NCBI GenBank assembly: GCA_050947035.1
Contig: JBMNVW010000003.1
Span: 25,992 to 89,991 of the forward strand
Source of the DNA: Patescibacteria group bacterium
Lineage (GTDB): Bacteria > Patescibacteriota > Microgenomatia > 0-14-0-10-38-17
Direction of reading: 5' to 3'
DNA length: 64,000 nucleotides
The notes beneath the pieces are model-generated. The model searched no databases and was not told the DNA's origin. It saw only the letters and a program-made list of their open reading frames with translations. This document shows positions 8,999 through 18,430 of the stretch, piece by piece. The stretch's first letter is position 1. Each line of letters begins with the position of its first letter. Both the position numbers and the translations under genes were made by a program.

Positions 8999-10405
8999 AT
9001 GAGTGGATTGTTTGGGGTTGTTGCTGAGAAAAATTGTCCCGAGATTTTATTTTATGGTACTGATTACCATTCCCACTTGGGAGCAAAGCGGGCCGGTTTG
9101 GCTGTTTTAAATAATAAAATTGAGAGAAGTATTCATAATATTAGCACCTCTCAGTTTAAATCAAAATTTATTGACGAGTTACCCCAGCTAAAAGGTGGCG
9201 CTGGTATTGGTGTTATCAGCGATTCTGAGCCTCAGCCGATTATTATTAGTTCTTCTTTCGGAACTTTTGGGCTAGTTTTTAATGGTCTTTTGGCTAACAA
9301 AGACAAGTTGGCTAAGGACCTGATGAGGAAAGGAAAAAGCTTTTCGGAAATGTCCAATGGTCAGATTAATTCTGTCGAGGTAGCCGGCAAAATGATTGCC
9401 AGTCAAAAAAATATCTTGGCCGGAATTAATCATTTTTTTGATAAGATGACCGGTTCCGCCTCGATGCTTGTTTTGGCTAGGGAGGGTGTTTATGCCATTC
9501 GTGATAAATTGGGAAGAACCCCTTTAGTGGTTGCTAAAAATGCCCGTCAGTTAGCGGTGGCCTCCGAGAATAGTGCTTTTGCCAATTTAGGTTTTGAGTC
9601 GATCAAAGAGCTGCTTCCTGGAGAAGTGGTCTTGTTGACAAAAAAAGGGGTAAAAACAAAGATAGCGGGAAAAGAGAATGAGAAAATTTGTGCCCTTTTA
9701 TGGATTTATAATGGTTTTCCGACCTCTTCTTATGATGGCCAGTCGGTTGAATTGGTTCGAGAGCGATCTGGTAAAAATTTAGCCAAAAATGATCAAGTAG
9801 AGGCAGATTTAGTTTCTGGTGTGCCCGACTCCGGTATTGCCCATGCTCTAGGGTACGCTAGGGCATCGGGTATTCCTTATCGGCGGCCGCTGGTAAAATA
9901 TACTCCTGGTTACGGTCGAAGTTATACTCCTTTGAGGCAAGCAACCAGAGACCAAATCGCTAAAATGAAGCTAATTGCCAACAAAGAGGTTATTAAGGGG
10001 AAACGGATTATTATTTGTGACGACTCGATTGTCAGAGGAACCCAGCTTAAGAATCAAGGGGTCAAGAAGTTGTGGCAGGCTGGGGCAAAAGAAATTCACG
10101 GCCGAATTGCTTGTCCGCCCCTAATGTTTCCTTGTCAATATTGCCTAGCAACTAGAACAAGAAAAGAATTAATAACAAGACGGGTTTTGGCGCAATTGGT
10201 TGGAAAAAAAGTTGGTGACGATCAGGCTAAAAAATATAGCGACGATAAGAGCAAAGAACACCAAAAGATGGTTTCCCTGATTGGCAAAGAATTAGGATTG
10301 ACCTCATTAAAGTACCAAACGGTTGATGATATGGTTGCTGCGATTGGCTTACCCAGGGAAAGGCTTTGTTTGGAGTGCTGGCTGGGAAGGGGGGGACAAA
10401 AATGA
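8999..10405 (+). CDS. purF: amidophosphoribosyltransferase homologue with Ser in place of the N-terminal Cys
   Basis: Ntn-fold N-terminus MSGLFG, GVPDSG, PRT motif DDSIVRGTQ, C-terminal CLEC. Confidence 0.85.
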   Translation: MSGLFGVVAEKNCPEILFYGTDYHSHLGAKRAGLAVLNNKIERSIHNISTSQFKSKFIDELPQLKGGAGIGVISDSEPQPIIISSSFGTFGLVFNGLLANKDKLAKDLMRKGKSFSEMSNGQINSVEVAGKMIASQKNILAGINHFFDKMTGSASMLVLAREGVYAIRDKLGRTPLVVAKNARQLAVASENSAFANLGFESIKELLPGEVVLLTKKGVKTKIAGKENEKICALLWIYNGFPTSSYDGQSVELVRERSGKNLAKNDQVEADLVSGVPDSGIAHALGYARASGIPYRRPLVKYTPGYGRSYTPLRQATRDQIAKMKLIANKEVIKGKRIIICDDSIVRGTQLKNQGVKKLWQAGAKEIHGRIACPPLMFPCQYCLATRTRKELITRRVLAQLVGKKVGDDQAKKYSDDKSKEHQKMVSLIGKELGLTSLKYQTVDDMVAAIGLPRERLCLECWLGRGGQK

Positions 10406-11400
10406 AGAAGATTTTAGTAGTTTGCGGTCCGACCGCAACCGGGAAAACGGCCCTGGGCTTGAAGTTGGCAGAAAAGTTTAAGGGAGAGCTGGTGAACGCT
10501 GATTCCCGGCAGGTTTATCGGGGTATGGATATTGGGACCGGGAAGGAAGTTGACAAATTTTCAATTTTCAATTTTCAATTTTCAATTGGAGAGAAAAAAG
10601 TTGGCTATCGGCGTATTGCCGATATTCCGATTTGGCTATTGGATGTGGTTTGGCCCGATTATCGTTTTAGCGTGGCTGATTATATTAAGGTGGCAGTTCC
10701 AGTAATAAAGGACATTTGGCAAAGAAATAAGTTGCCCATTTTAGTTGGCGGAACAGGTTTTTATCTTCGAGCCTTGTTGGGGGGAATAGAAACGATTGGC
10801 GTTGCTCCTGATTGGGATTTACGAAGAGAATTGGGAAAATTAACTGTAATTAAATTACAGAAAAAGCTAAAAAAGATAAGTCCTGATCGATTTAATAGAA
10901 TGAATCATTCCGATCAAAACAACCCCAGGCGCCTGATTCGGGCAATTGAAATAGCCAGTGAAAATAATAAGGACAACCCGAATAAAATAGCGACTTTCAG
11001 TTTGACAAAAGAGGCTGTTTTTTGGTTAGGATTAAAGTTACCCCTCGAAAAACTAGATAAAAAAATTGCCCAAAGAGTAGAAAAAAGATTATCGGCGGGG
11101 GCAGAAAAGGAAATAGAAGAACTTTTAAAAAAGTTTAGTTTTGCTGACAGTGTTTTGGGGGAAACGATTGGTTATCAAGAATGGGAAAGATATTTTTCTT
11201 CTTCCCAAGAGGAAAGAGGGGAAATATTACCAGAAATAATCGACAATTGGCGAAGAGCTGAGCGTCAATACGCTAGACGCCAAATGGTTTGGTTTAAGAA
11301 AAATAAGCAAATTAATTGGTTCCTTGCTGATCAAAAAGATTTGTTTTCCAGGGTAGCCAAGAAGGTCGGGCAGTGGTATATTAAAAGCAACAATGATTAA
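10402..11400 (+). CDS. miaA: tRNA dimethylallyltransferase
   Basis: GPTATGKT, ADSRQVYRGMDIGT, VGGTGFY and YARRQMVWF; ATGA overlap with the purF-like gene. Confidence 0.96.
   Translation: MKKILVVCGPTATGKTALGLKLAEKFKGELVNADSRQVYRGMDIGTGKEVDKFSIFNFQFSIGEKKVGYRRIADIPIWLLDVVWPDYRFSVADYIKVAVPVIKDIWQRNKLPILVGGTGFYLRALLGGIETIGVAPDWDLRRELGKLTVIKLQKKLKKISPDRFNRMNHSDQNNPRRLIRAIEIASENNKDNPNKIATFSLTKEAVFWLGLKLPLEKLDKKIAQRVEKRLSAGAEKEIEELLKKFSFADSVLGETIGYQEWERYFSSSQEERGEILPEIIDNWRRAERQYARRQMVWFKKNKQINWFLADQKDLFSRVAKKVGQWYIKSNND
10556..10587 (+). repeat. (AATTTTC)x4 tandem repeat inside miaA
   Basis: Four perfect 7-mers plus AATT; encodes KFSIFNFQFSI. Confidence 0.9.
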
Positions 11401-12379
11401 GAAAGTAGAGGTTTCTCACAAAACGATTTTTTTTGCTTTAGCAGTTTTATTTATTTTATGGTTTGCTTATTTAATTTGTGATATTATTCTTCTTTTTTAT
11501 ATTGGCCTGTTGTTGATGTTGGCCCTGGATCCGGGAATTGATCGATTAGAGAGTTGGGGATTACCAAGGTTTTTGGCAATTTTATTAAATTATTTGGGCT
11601 TTTTTTCTTTAGTTGGCTTGTCTATTTTTCTTTTGGCTGGGCCCTTGTTGCAGCAAAGTGGTTTGCTTTTACAGCAAATTGTTAAATTGGCGGAAGCGGC
11701 TGGAGCTGGGGATTGGCTTTCCGAGATCCTTCGTGATCCACTAAAAAATATTTTACCTCTTTCTGGTAATATTTTTCGAGTAACTCAAACAATTTTCAAC
11801 AATCTGGTCCAAGTTTTTTCAGTTTTTGTTGTTAGTTTTTATTTAGTTTTAGATAGAAAAAAGCTACCCAATCGTTTAGAGCAGTTTTTCGGTAAAAAGA
11901 GAATAAGAAAAATAGAGCGAGTTATTGAGGGGGCGGAAAAAGAAGTTGGCCATTGGCTTTGGGGCCAAGTGTTATTAATGGTAATTGTGGCAATTTTAAC
12001 TTATTTAGTTTTATTGCTATTAAATCTTCCCTATGCCCTGCCCTTGGCTTTTTTAGCCGGATTATTGGAAATATTGCCTAATATTGGGCCGGTTTTGGCG
12101 GCCATTCCGGCCGTTATTATTGGTTTTACCATCAATCCGGCGATGGGGTTTTTGGTTGTTTTGGCTTTTGTTGTCGTTCAACAATTAGAAAGTAATTTTA
12201 TTACTCCGAAAGTAATGCAAGGAGTAACTGGAGTCAGCCCAATTGTTACTCTTTTGGGTTTAATGATTGGTTTTCGTTTAGCCGGAGCCGTGGGAGCAAT
12301 ATTTGCTTTACCGACAATTTTAATTATCAAGGTTTTGCTTGGCGAGTTGGTTTTACCCCGAATTAAAAGGATAAATTAG
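11393..12379 (+). CDS. AI-2E family transporter
   Basis: Multi-TM protein with LEILPNIGP and QQLESNFITPKVM. Confidence 0.92.
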   Translation: MIKKVEVSHKTIFFALAVLFILWFAYLICDIILLFYIGLLLMLALDPGIDRLESWGLPRFLAILLNYLGFFSLVGLSIFLLAGPLLQQSGLLLQQIVKLAEAAGAGDWLSEILRDPLKNILPLSGNIFRVTQTIFNNLVQVFSVFVVSFYLVLDRKKLPNRLEQFFGKKRIRKIERVIEGAEKEVGHWLWGQVLLMVIVAILTYLVLLLLNLPYALPLAFLAGLLEILPNIGPVLAAIPAVIIGFTINPAMGFLVVLAFVVVQQLESNFITPKVMQGVTGVSPIVTLLGLMIGFRLAGAVGAIFALPTILIIKVLLGELVLPRIKRIN

Positions 12380-12411
12380 TAATTTAATCCCCTTTTTGCT
12401 ATAATATCTTT

Positions 12412-12747
12412 GGCCCTTGAAAGAAGGATGGATACTGTAAACCAATATGGTTTTATAGAGGAAAGTCCAGGCAACAGGAAGCACGGTGCCCCAATTAAGG
12501 TTTGGGGGACCCGCCCGTTTTTGGGTGGGGACAGTGAGAGCCACAGAGACGAGTTCTTGCCTTTTTTAAATAAAAGGCAGAGGTGAAACGATCGCTAAAA
12601 AACGATACGCCCGCCCTTGGCGGACGGGGCAATCCTCCCGGTTGCAATCCAGAGTGAAGATGACCGCTTTCGTCATAATCTTCAAGTTTGGAGCGTTAGA
12701 TAGATTTCCATCAAAAACAGAACCTGGCTTATTTTCTTTTAAGGGCC
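12412..12747 (+). ncRNA. rnpB: RNase P RNA
   Basis: GAGGAAAGTCC and AACAGAACCTGGCTTA conserved boxes; P1 helix GGCCCTTGAAAGAAG/TTTTCTTTTAAGGGCC; TGnTATAAT just upstream. Confidence 0.93.
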
Positions 12748-12803
12748 CTTTTTTTATCAAAACCTTGACGACCGGCTTTTTTTTAGAGTAATCTATCGTT
12801 AAT

Positions 12804-14321
12804 ATGTTGGCCAAGGTTACTTCGGCAGCAATTTTGGGTTTAGAGGCCGTTGGGGTCGATATTGAGGTTGATGTCTCTAATCGAGGTCTACCAAGCTTTA
12901 CCGTTGTTGGTTTAGCTGATAAGGCAGTAGAAGAAGCCAAAGAAAGAGTTAGAAGTGCTATCAAAAACTCTGGTTTTGATTTCCCCGGACACAAGACGAT
13001 TATTAATTTAGCCCCGGCCGATATTCCTAAAATGGGGACATTTTATGATTTACCAATTGCTTTGGGAATATTAAAGGCTTCTGGTCAACTAAAAGGAAAA
13101 TTATCCGGTCTTTTTTTAGGAGAATTATCTTTAAATGGTGATCTTCGTCAGGTTAAGGGTTGCTTGTCAACAGCCCTTTATGCCAGAGAAAGAAAAATAG
13201 AAAAGGTTTTTGTCCCCCACAATAATTATAATGAAGTGGCCATTATTAAAGGAATAGGAATTTTTCCAGTTAGAAACTTAAAAGATTTAATGCTTCATTT
13301 TAATAAAGTTAAGGAAATTAAACCAGGGAAAATTAATAAAAAATTAGCCGATCCTTCTTTTGAGCCAGAATTAGACTTTTCTGATATTAATGGTCAATCT
13401 CAGGCGAAGAGGGCCCTAGAAATTGCCGCTGCCGGTGGACACAATTTGTTTTTTTTCGGTCCGCCAGGATCTGGAAAGACACTTTTGGCTCGAGCCTTAC
13501 CGGGAATAATGCCGATTATGACTGAAGAGGAAGTTTTGGAGGTAACCAGGATTTATTCTGTCTCCGGTAATCTAAAGGGGAAGCTAGTTAATTATCGTCC
13601 GTTTAGAAGCCCTCACCATAGCGTCTCTCGAGTTGGATTAATTGGCGGGGGTAGCTTTCCCTTGCCAGGAGAAGTGTCATTGGCTCATCGGGGAACACTT
13701 TTTTTGGACGAGTTACCAGAATTCCCTCGTCATGTTTTAGAAGCTTTACGGCAGCCAATGGAAGACGGCTTTGTTACTATCGCTCGATCTCGGGGGCGTT
13801 TTTCATATCCGGCCCAATTTAATTTGGTGGCGGCCTCTAATCCTTGTCCTTGTGGTTTTTATGGTGATCCTAAAAACGCTTGTCGTTGTTCTTCGGCAGA
13901 GATTAATCGATACCAAAAACGGCTTTCCGGACCGCTAATGGATAGAATCGATATTCATGTCGAAGTGCCGGCAGTACCAGCCAAAAAATTGGTTCAAAAA
14001 ACTACCGGTCAATCTTCAAAACAAATTCGGGTTAGAGTAGAGGCGGCCAGGCGAAGGCAGCGTCGTCGCTTTAACGAAAGCCGGTTAACTTGTAACGCTG
14101 AAATGGGTAGTCGAGAGGTAAAAAAATATTGTCAAATGGAAAATTCTTCTTGGCAAAAACTGATTGATTCTTCGGAAAAGCTTGGTCTTTCAGCTCGAGG
14201 GTTCTATCGGGTGGTTAAAGTGGCCCAAACAGTGGCCGACCTTGCCGGCAAAGATAAGATTGACCAGGAACATCTTATTGAAGCTCTTAATTTTCGTTCA
14301 AAAGGCCTTTCTTATCATTAA
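12804..14321 (+). CDS. comM: YifB/ComM family Mg-chelatase-like AAA+ ATPase
   Basis: INLAPADIPK, GPPGSGKT, FRSPHH, LFLDELPEF and NPCPCG motifs. Confidence 0.95.
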   Translation: MLAKVTSAAILGLEAVGVDIEVDVSNRGLPSFTVVGLADKAVEEAKERVRSAIKNSGFDFPGHKTIINLAPADIPKMGTFYDLPIALGILKASGQLKGKLSGLFLGELSLNGDLRQVKGCLSTALYARERKIEKVFVPHNNYNEVAIIKGIGIFPVRNLKDLMLHFNKVKEIKPGKINKKLADPSFEPELDFSDINGQSQAKRALEIAAAGGHNLFFFGPPGSGKTLLARALPGIMPIMTEEEVLEVTRIYSVSGNLKGKLVNYRPFRSPHHSVSRVGLIGGGSFPLPGEVSLAHRGTLFLDELPEFPRHVLEALRQPMEDGFVTIARSRGRFSYPAQFNLVAASNPCPCGFYGDPKNACRCSSAEINRYQKRLSGPLMDRIDIHVEVPAVPAKKLVQKTTGQSSKQIRVRVEAARRRQRRRFNESRLTCNAEMGSREVKKYCQMENSSWQKLIDSSEKLGLSARGFYRVVKVAQTVADLAGKDKIDQEHLIEALNFRSKGLSYH

Positions 14322-14340
14322 AAAAAATAATTAAACCTAA

Positions 14341-15330
14341 GTGAATATTTTTAAAAATAAAAATTTTTACTGGCTGATTTTTCTCTGGCTGATTTTGGGG
14401 TTTATTTTTTGGAGAAGTGATTTTATTGGTTCTTATTTTTCAATTAAGCCCCATGATCAAAGAGAAAATGATCGAACCACTTCTTCAGAAGAGCCGGCCC
14501 CCACTATTAAAATTCTCTTTGGTGGGGATCTGATGTTTGATCGTCATATTCGTTTTTTTGCCGACAAAGAAGGCGGCTATGATTTTGTTTTGGCCGATTT
14601 AAAAAATCTTTTTTTTGATTATGACCTAGTTATAGCTAATTTAGAAGGACCGATAACGAACAATAATTCTATTAGTTTAGGAACTGTACCCGGAACACCC
14701 AATAATTTTATTTTTACTTTTGATCCTCAAGTTGCTCAAGCCTTGTTCGATCATAATATTAGGTTAGTTAATTTAGGCAATAACCATATTTTAAACTTTG
14801 CCCAGTCAGGTCTGGTTTCAACTAGGCAATATTTACTTGACGCTGGAGTAGATTATTTTGGTTTTGCCGGTGATGATCAGAATCGAACCTTTAGCAGAAA
14901 AATAGACGGGGTAACCCTGGGTTTTGTTAATTACAATCAATTTATAGAAGGGGGTTTAGTGGCCGCCAAAGAAGATATTGACTCTCTTGCGGGCATGGTT
15001 GATTGGCTGATTCTTTACGCTCATTGGGGGAGTGAATATCAGCCTCAAGCGGGAGCCTCCCTTAAGGAGTTGGCTAAAAATTTTGTTGATCGGGGGGTAG
15101 ATTTGATTATTGGCTCTCACCCTCATGTTGTCGGAGAAAAAGAAACTTATCAGGGCCGGACCATTTATTATTCTTTGGGCAATTTTGTTTTTGATCAGTA
15201 TTTTTCTTCTGAGGTAATGACTGGGCTTTTGTTGGGAATAGAAATTGATAAGAAAACAAAAAAGATTGTTGATATCCAAGAATGGTCAATTAAAATGGTT
15301 TCTGATGGAAGGACAATTCTTGATTCTTAA
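14341..15330 (+). CDS. CapA/PGA_cap family metallophosphoesterase
   Basis: GDLM, NLEGP, NNH, HWG, GSHPHV and YSLGNF motifs; N-terminal TM. Confidence 0.92.
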   Translation: MNIFKNKNFYWLIFLWLILGFIFWRSDFIGSYFSIKPHDQRENDRTTSSEEPAPTIKILFGGDLMFDRHIRFFADKEGGYDFVLADLKNLFFDYDLVIANLEGPITNNNSISLGTVPGTPNNFIFTFDPQVAQALFDHNIRLVNLGNNHILNFAQSGLVSTRQYLLDAGVDYFGFAGDDQNRTFSRKIDGVTLGFVNYNQFIEGGLVAAKEDIDSLAGMVDWLILYAHWGSEYQPQAGASLKELAKNFVDRGVDLIIGSHPHVVGEKETYQGRTIYYSLGNFVFDQYFSSEVMTGLLLGIEIDKKTKKIVDIQEWSIKMVSDGRTILDS

Positions 15331-15462
15331 TTTACTTCGGGGCTTTTTTTAATTTCAAAAGGGGACAAGACACCAAAAAACCCACCTGTCTTAACTTAAA
15401 AAAAAGTTCAAATTAAGCAAGTGAGTTGTTTTGGTTGTTTGAAAAGAAACAACTCGAGCCGT

Positions 15463-15606
15463 TTATGCCATGGGCAAAACTCGGTACATACCAGTTCCAC
15501 AAGTGGGACAATTGGCTTTAGCGGCGCGGCGGCCGTTTTTCCAAGTAACGGTTTCGTAGTTGTCAACTTCTTTCTTTTCGCGACATTTAACGCAATAAAA
15601 GGTCAT
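15463..15606 (-). CDS. small Zn-ribbon protein (DUF5679-like)
   Basis: MTFYCVKCREK...KNGRRAAKANCPTCGTGMYR; SD AGGAGGTG. Confidence 0.85.
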   Translation of the reverse strand: MTFYCVKCREKKEVDNYETVTWKNGRRAAKANCPTCGTGMYRVLPMA

Positions 15607-15670
15607 TCTTGTCACCTCCTTCCGGGCAGATTGATAAAAATTTAAATTAACTGACAAATTTTAGCCTTAT

Positions 15671-15877
15671 CTACAGTTGCCAGTATAGCACAAGCTGAAA
15701 GACAAGGACAAGTAAGGCTAAAAAAAGGCTTTTGGCTAAGTCTTTTTTTACCCATAAAGTTTCTGAGGAAATTAATTTAGTTTCTGACTGGTTTGCCGAG
15801 GAAGACAATTTAGAAGAAAATAGGGCTTTTTTTCTTAGATCGGAGGCTTGTTTTTCTTTTTTAGTTTTCTTAACCAT
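15671..15877 (-). CDS. small membrane protein
   Basis: 68-aa ORF, basic N-terminus, C-terminal TM preceded by VKKDLAKS. Confidence 0.65.
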   Translation of the reverse strand: MVKKTKKEKQASDLRKKALFSSKLSSSANQSETKLISSETLWVKKDLAKSLFLALLVLVFQLVLYWQL

Positions 15878-15957
15878 TAGCCTTATCTTAGCCTAAGTGT
15901 GGCTAGTTTGCAAGAAGCAAGAGAAAAAAAACTGTCTTGTTCCAACCGAGAAAAGAC

Positions 15958-15993
15958 GAGATCCTTCGGCCGCTTGAGGCGATCTCAGGATGA
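15958..15993. repeat. single arm of the GTCATCCTGA REP family
   Basis: GAGATCCTTCGGCCGCTTGAGGCGATCTCAGGATGA resembles the right arms at 25381 and 55888. Confidence 0.7.
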
Positions 15994-16175
15994 GGGAAAA
16001 GAAAGGTGCCAAGTCAGACCTGACTACTTTGAACAATGGAATAGCGAACTTGTGCCGTGTACCCTTTGTGGCACTGCGGTTAGTTCGTGCTAGTTATATA
16101 ACCATATAACCATCTAGCCATTATTCTTTTTTTTTATTGACATTATCATCATGAGAAAGTTATTATAAGGTTGAG

Positions 16176-16646
16176 ATGATTGAGGAGAATTTTTTATCTA
16201 GCCTTAATTTTGTTTGGCTGGTGGTTTTTATTTGGTTGTCAATAATAACCATTTTATTAATTTTGGCCATCAAGCGCTATCGAAAGCTAACCAAAGGAGT
16301 CAAATCAGGAAGCCTGGATAAGATTATTCAAAAATTAATCGCCGATCAAGAAAAAAATCAAAAAGATTTTACCGCCACACAAGAAGAACTCTCCCAGCTG
16401 CAAGAAAAAATCCAGTTTCATTTTCAAAAAAAAGCTTTAGTAAGATATAATCCCTTTAACCAAACTGGCGGTAATCAGAGTTTCTCTTTGGCCTTGTTAG
16501 ATGGAAAAAACAATGGTATAGTTATTTCTAGTTTTCATAGCCGAGAAGGAACAAGACTTTATGCTAAAACCGTGGTGTTAGGAAAGGCAGACAATTCCTT
16601 TTCCAAGGAAGAAAAGTCGGCAATAAAAGAAGCGGTTAAAAAATAA
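16176..16646 (+). CDS. DUF4446 family protein
   Basis: TM plus coiled coil plus VRYNPF...GGNQSFSLALLD...RLYAK. Confidence 0.85.
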   Translation: MIEENFLSSLNFVWLVVFIWLSIITILLILAIKRYRKLTKGVKSGSLDKIIQKLIADQEKNQKDFTATQEELSQLQEKIQFHFQKKALVRYNPFNQTGGNQSFSLALLDGKNNGIVISSFHSREGTRLYAKTVVLGKADNSFSKEEKSAIKEAVKK

Positions 16647-16649
16647 TTT

Positions 16650-17840
16650 ATGAGTAAAGCAAAGAAAATCCTTATCATTGGGGGAGTAGGCTTATATTTG
16701 ATTGCTACTAGTATTTCTTGGGCAGTTTTTGCTTATTTTAATCAAGACACGGTGGTAATATCCCCTGATAACAGGGATGATTTAGAAACAGTTGAGGCCT
16801 TGGGGCCGCGAGACCAGGAATGTCCGATTAATGGAGCTTATTTTACTAAAACGGAGAGAGAAATTTGGGAAACTCGTCGTCCTCTGACAATAACAGTAGA
16901 AAATCATCTTGACTCTCGACCGCAATCTGGTCTGTCTCGAGCAGATGTTGTTTATGAGGCTGTCGCTGAGGGAGGAATTACTCGGTTTTTGGCGGTTTTT
17001 TATTGTGGGGCCGCTCTTCCTGGGGAGCAAAAATATGATATCGGTCCGGTTCGTTCCGCCCGGACTTATTTCTTAGATTGGGTTTCTGAATACGGTGATT
17101 ATCCTCTTTATGTTCATGTTGGCGGAGCCGGTGAATGCGCTGATCCGACTGTTTATGAGGAGGCTAAGGCTCTATGCCAAATTCGCCAGTATGGCTGGAT
17201 GAATGAGGGCACCTGGGGTGATTTAAATCAATTCTCTCTTTCTTATGAAGAATGTCGTCGGGATACGCGCTTGGGAACCAATGTGGCGACGGAGCATACA
17301 ATGTATTGCGATACAGTTACTCTTTGGGAAAAAGTAGCAGAAAATCGGGGCCTAACAGCCAAAACAGCGGCTTCAGGGGATAGTTGGGACAAGAATTTCC
17401 GTTCTTGGCTATTTAAAGAAGAGGCCAAGTTGGCTGATCGTGGCGAAACTGACGAGATTGGTCTTTACTTTTGGAAAAACCAACCCAATTATAATGTTAC
17501 TTGGCGGTATGATCGAGAAAATAATATTTATCAGCGTTATCAGGGTGAAGTTGCTCATAAAGATCTGGTAGCTGATGATATTTTAGCGGCCAAAACGGTA
17601 ATTGTCCAATTCGTTAAAGAAAGAGGTCCGGTTGATGAAAAAAAGCACCTTCTCTATGAGACGATTGGCTCTGGTCGGGTTTTAATTTTCCAGGATGGTC
17701 AAGTTGAAGAAGGGGTTTGGGAAAAAGAGGCTCGCACCAGCCGAACTCGTTTTTATGACAGTTCAGGAGCAGAAATTCGTCTAAATCGGGGATTAATTTG
17801 GGTGGAGATTGTTCCAGCCGGCAACCAAATCGATTTTTAA
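16650..17840 (+). CDS. DUF3048 family exported protein
   Basis: ENHLDSRPQSGLSRADVVYE, EGGITRF and GPVRSAR motifs. Confidence 0.9.
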   Translation: MSKAKKILIIGGVGLYLIATSISWAVFAYFNQDTVVISPDNRDDLETVEALGPRDQECPINGAYFTKTEREIWETRRPLTITVENHLDSRPQSGLSRADVVYEAVAEGGITRFLAVFYCGAALPGEQKYDIGPVRSARTYFLDWVSEYGDYPLYVHVGGAGECADPTVYEEAKALCQIRQYGWMNEGTWGDLNQFSLSYEECRRDTRLGTNVATEHTMYCDTVTLWEKVAENRGLTAKTAASGDSWDKNFRSWLFKEEAKLADRGETDEIGLYFWKNQPNYNVTWRYDRENNIYQRYQGEVAHKDLVADDILAAKTVIVQFVKERGPVDEKKHLLYETIGSGRVLIFQDGQVEEGVWEKEARTSRTRFYDSSGAEIRLNRGLIWVEIVPAGNQIDF

Positions 17841-17844
17841 TTTT

Positions 17845-18420
17845 ATGCTTCGCCAACTTTTTGTTTCTAAGGTAAGGGTTAAACTGCTAAAAACCTATTT
17901 TGCCAATCCTGACAAGCCTCACTATGGTCGACAGTTGTCTCGCCAGTTAGAGGAACAAATTAACGCTATCCGTCGAGAACTAGACAACTTGAAAACGATT
18001 GGGTTGTTAGAAAGTGAAAAAAGAGGCAACAGAATTTATTTTTATTTAAACCACGATTTTATTCACTACGAGGCCCTGTTATTATTATTTTTAAAATCTA
18101 CTGATTTAGGTGGGGCAATAATTAAAAATCGGTCTCGTTTGGGAAAATTAAAATGGGTCTTTTTTTCAAAAAGTTTTGCCGAAGGCAAAGCCAGTCAAAA
18201 AGAGGCGATTGATATTTTTGTGGTTGGGGAAGTTATTTTGCCAGAATTATCGGCTCTTGTAGCTCAAGAAGAGAAGAAAAGAGGCCAAGAAATTAATTAC
18301 TCAGTTATGGATGAGGCTGAGTTTCGTTTTCGTTATTCAGGCAAAGACCCCTTTTTAACCCGCCTGCTCATGTTGCCCCGATTTACAATTTTGGGAAATG
18401 AAGACCACCTTTTAAATTAA
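17845..18420 (+). CDS. winged-helix protein with a degenerate nucleotidyltransferase-like C-terminal domain
   Basis: SKVRVKLL...IRRELDNL...GNRIYF; IDIFVVG; EINYSVM. Confidence 0.7.
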   Translation: MLRQLFVSKVRVKLLKTYFANPDKPHYGRQLSRQLEEQINAIRRELDNLKTIGLLESEKRGNRIYFYLNHDFIHYEALLLLFLKSTDLGGAIIKNRSRLGKLKWVFFSKSFAEGKASQKEAIDIFVVGEVILPELSALVAQEEKKRGQEINYSVMDEAEFRFRYSGKDPFLTRLLMLPRFTILGNEDHLLN

Positions 18421-18430
18421 GTTTTTTTAA

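Noticed and set aside
12353-12994. Minus-strand ORFs of 63 and 142 aa
   Set aside because: They are antisense to rnpB and comM.
15899-16093. 64-aa plus-strand ORF
   Set aside because: Made of repeat and hairpin sequence with no recognisable motif.
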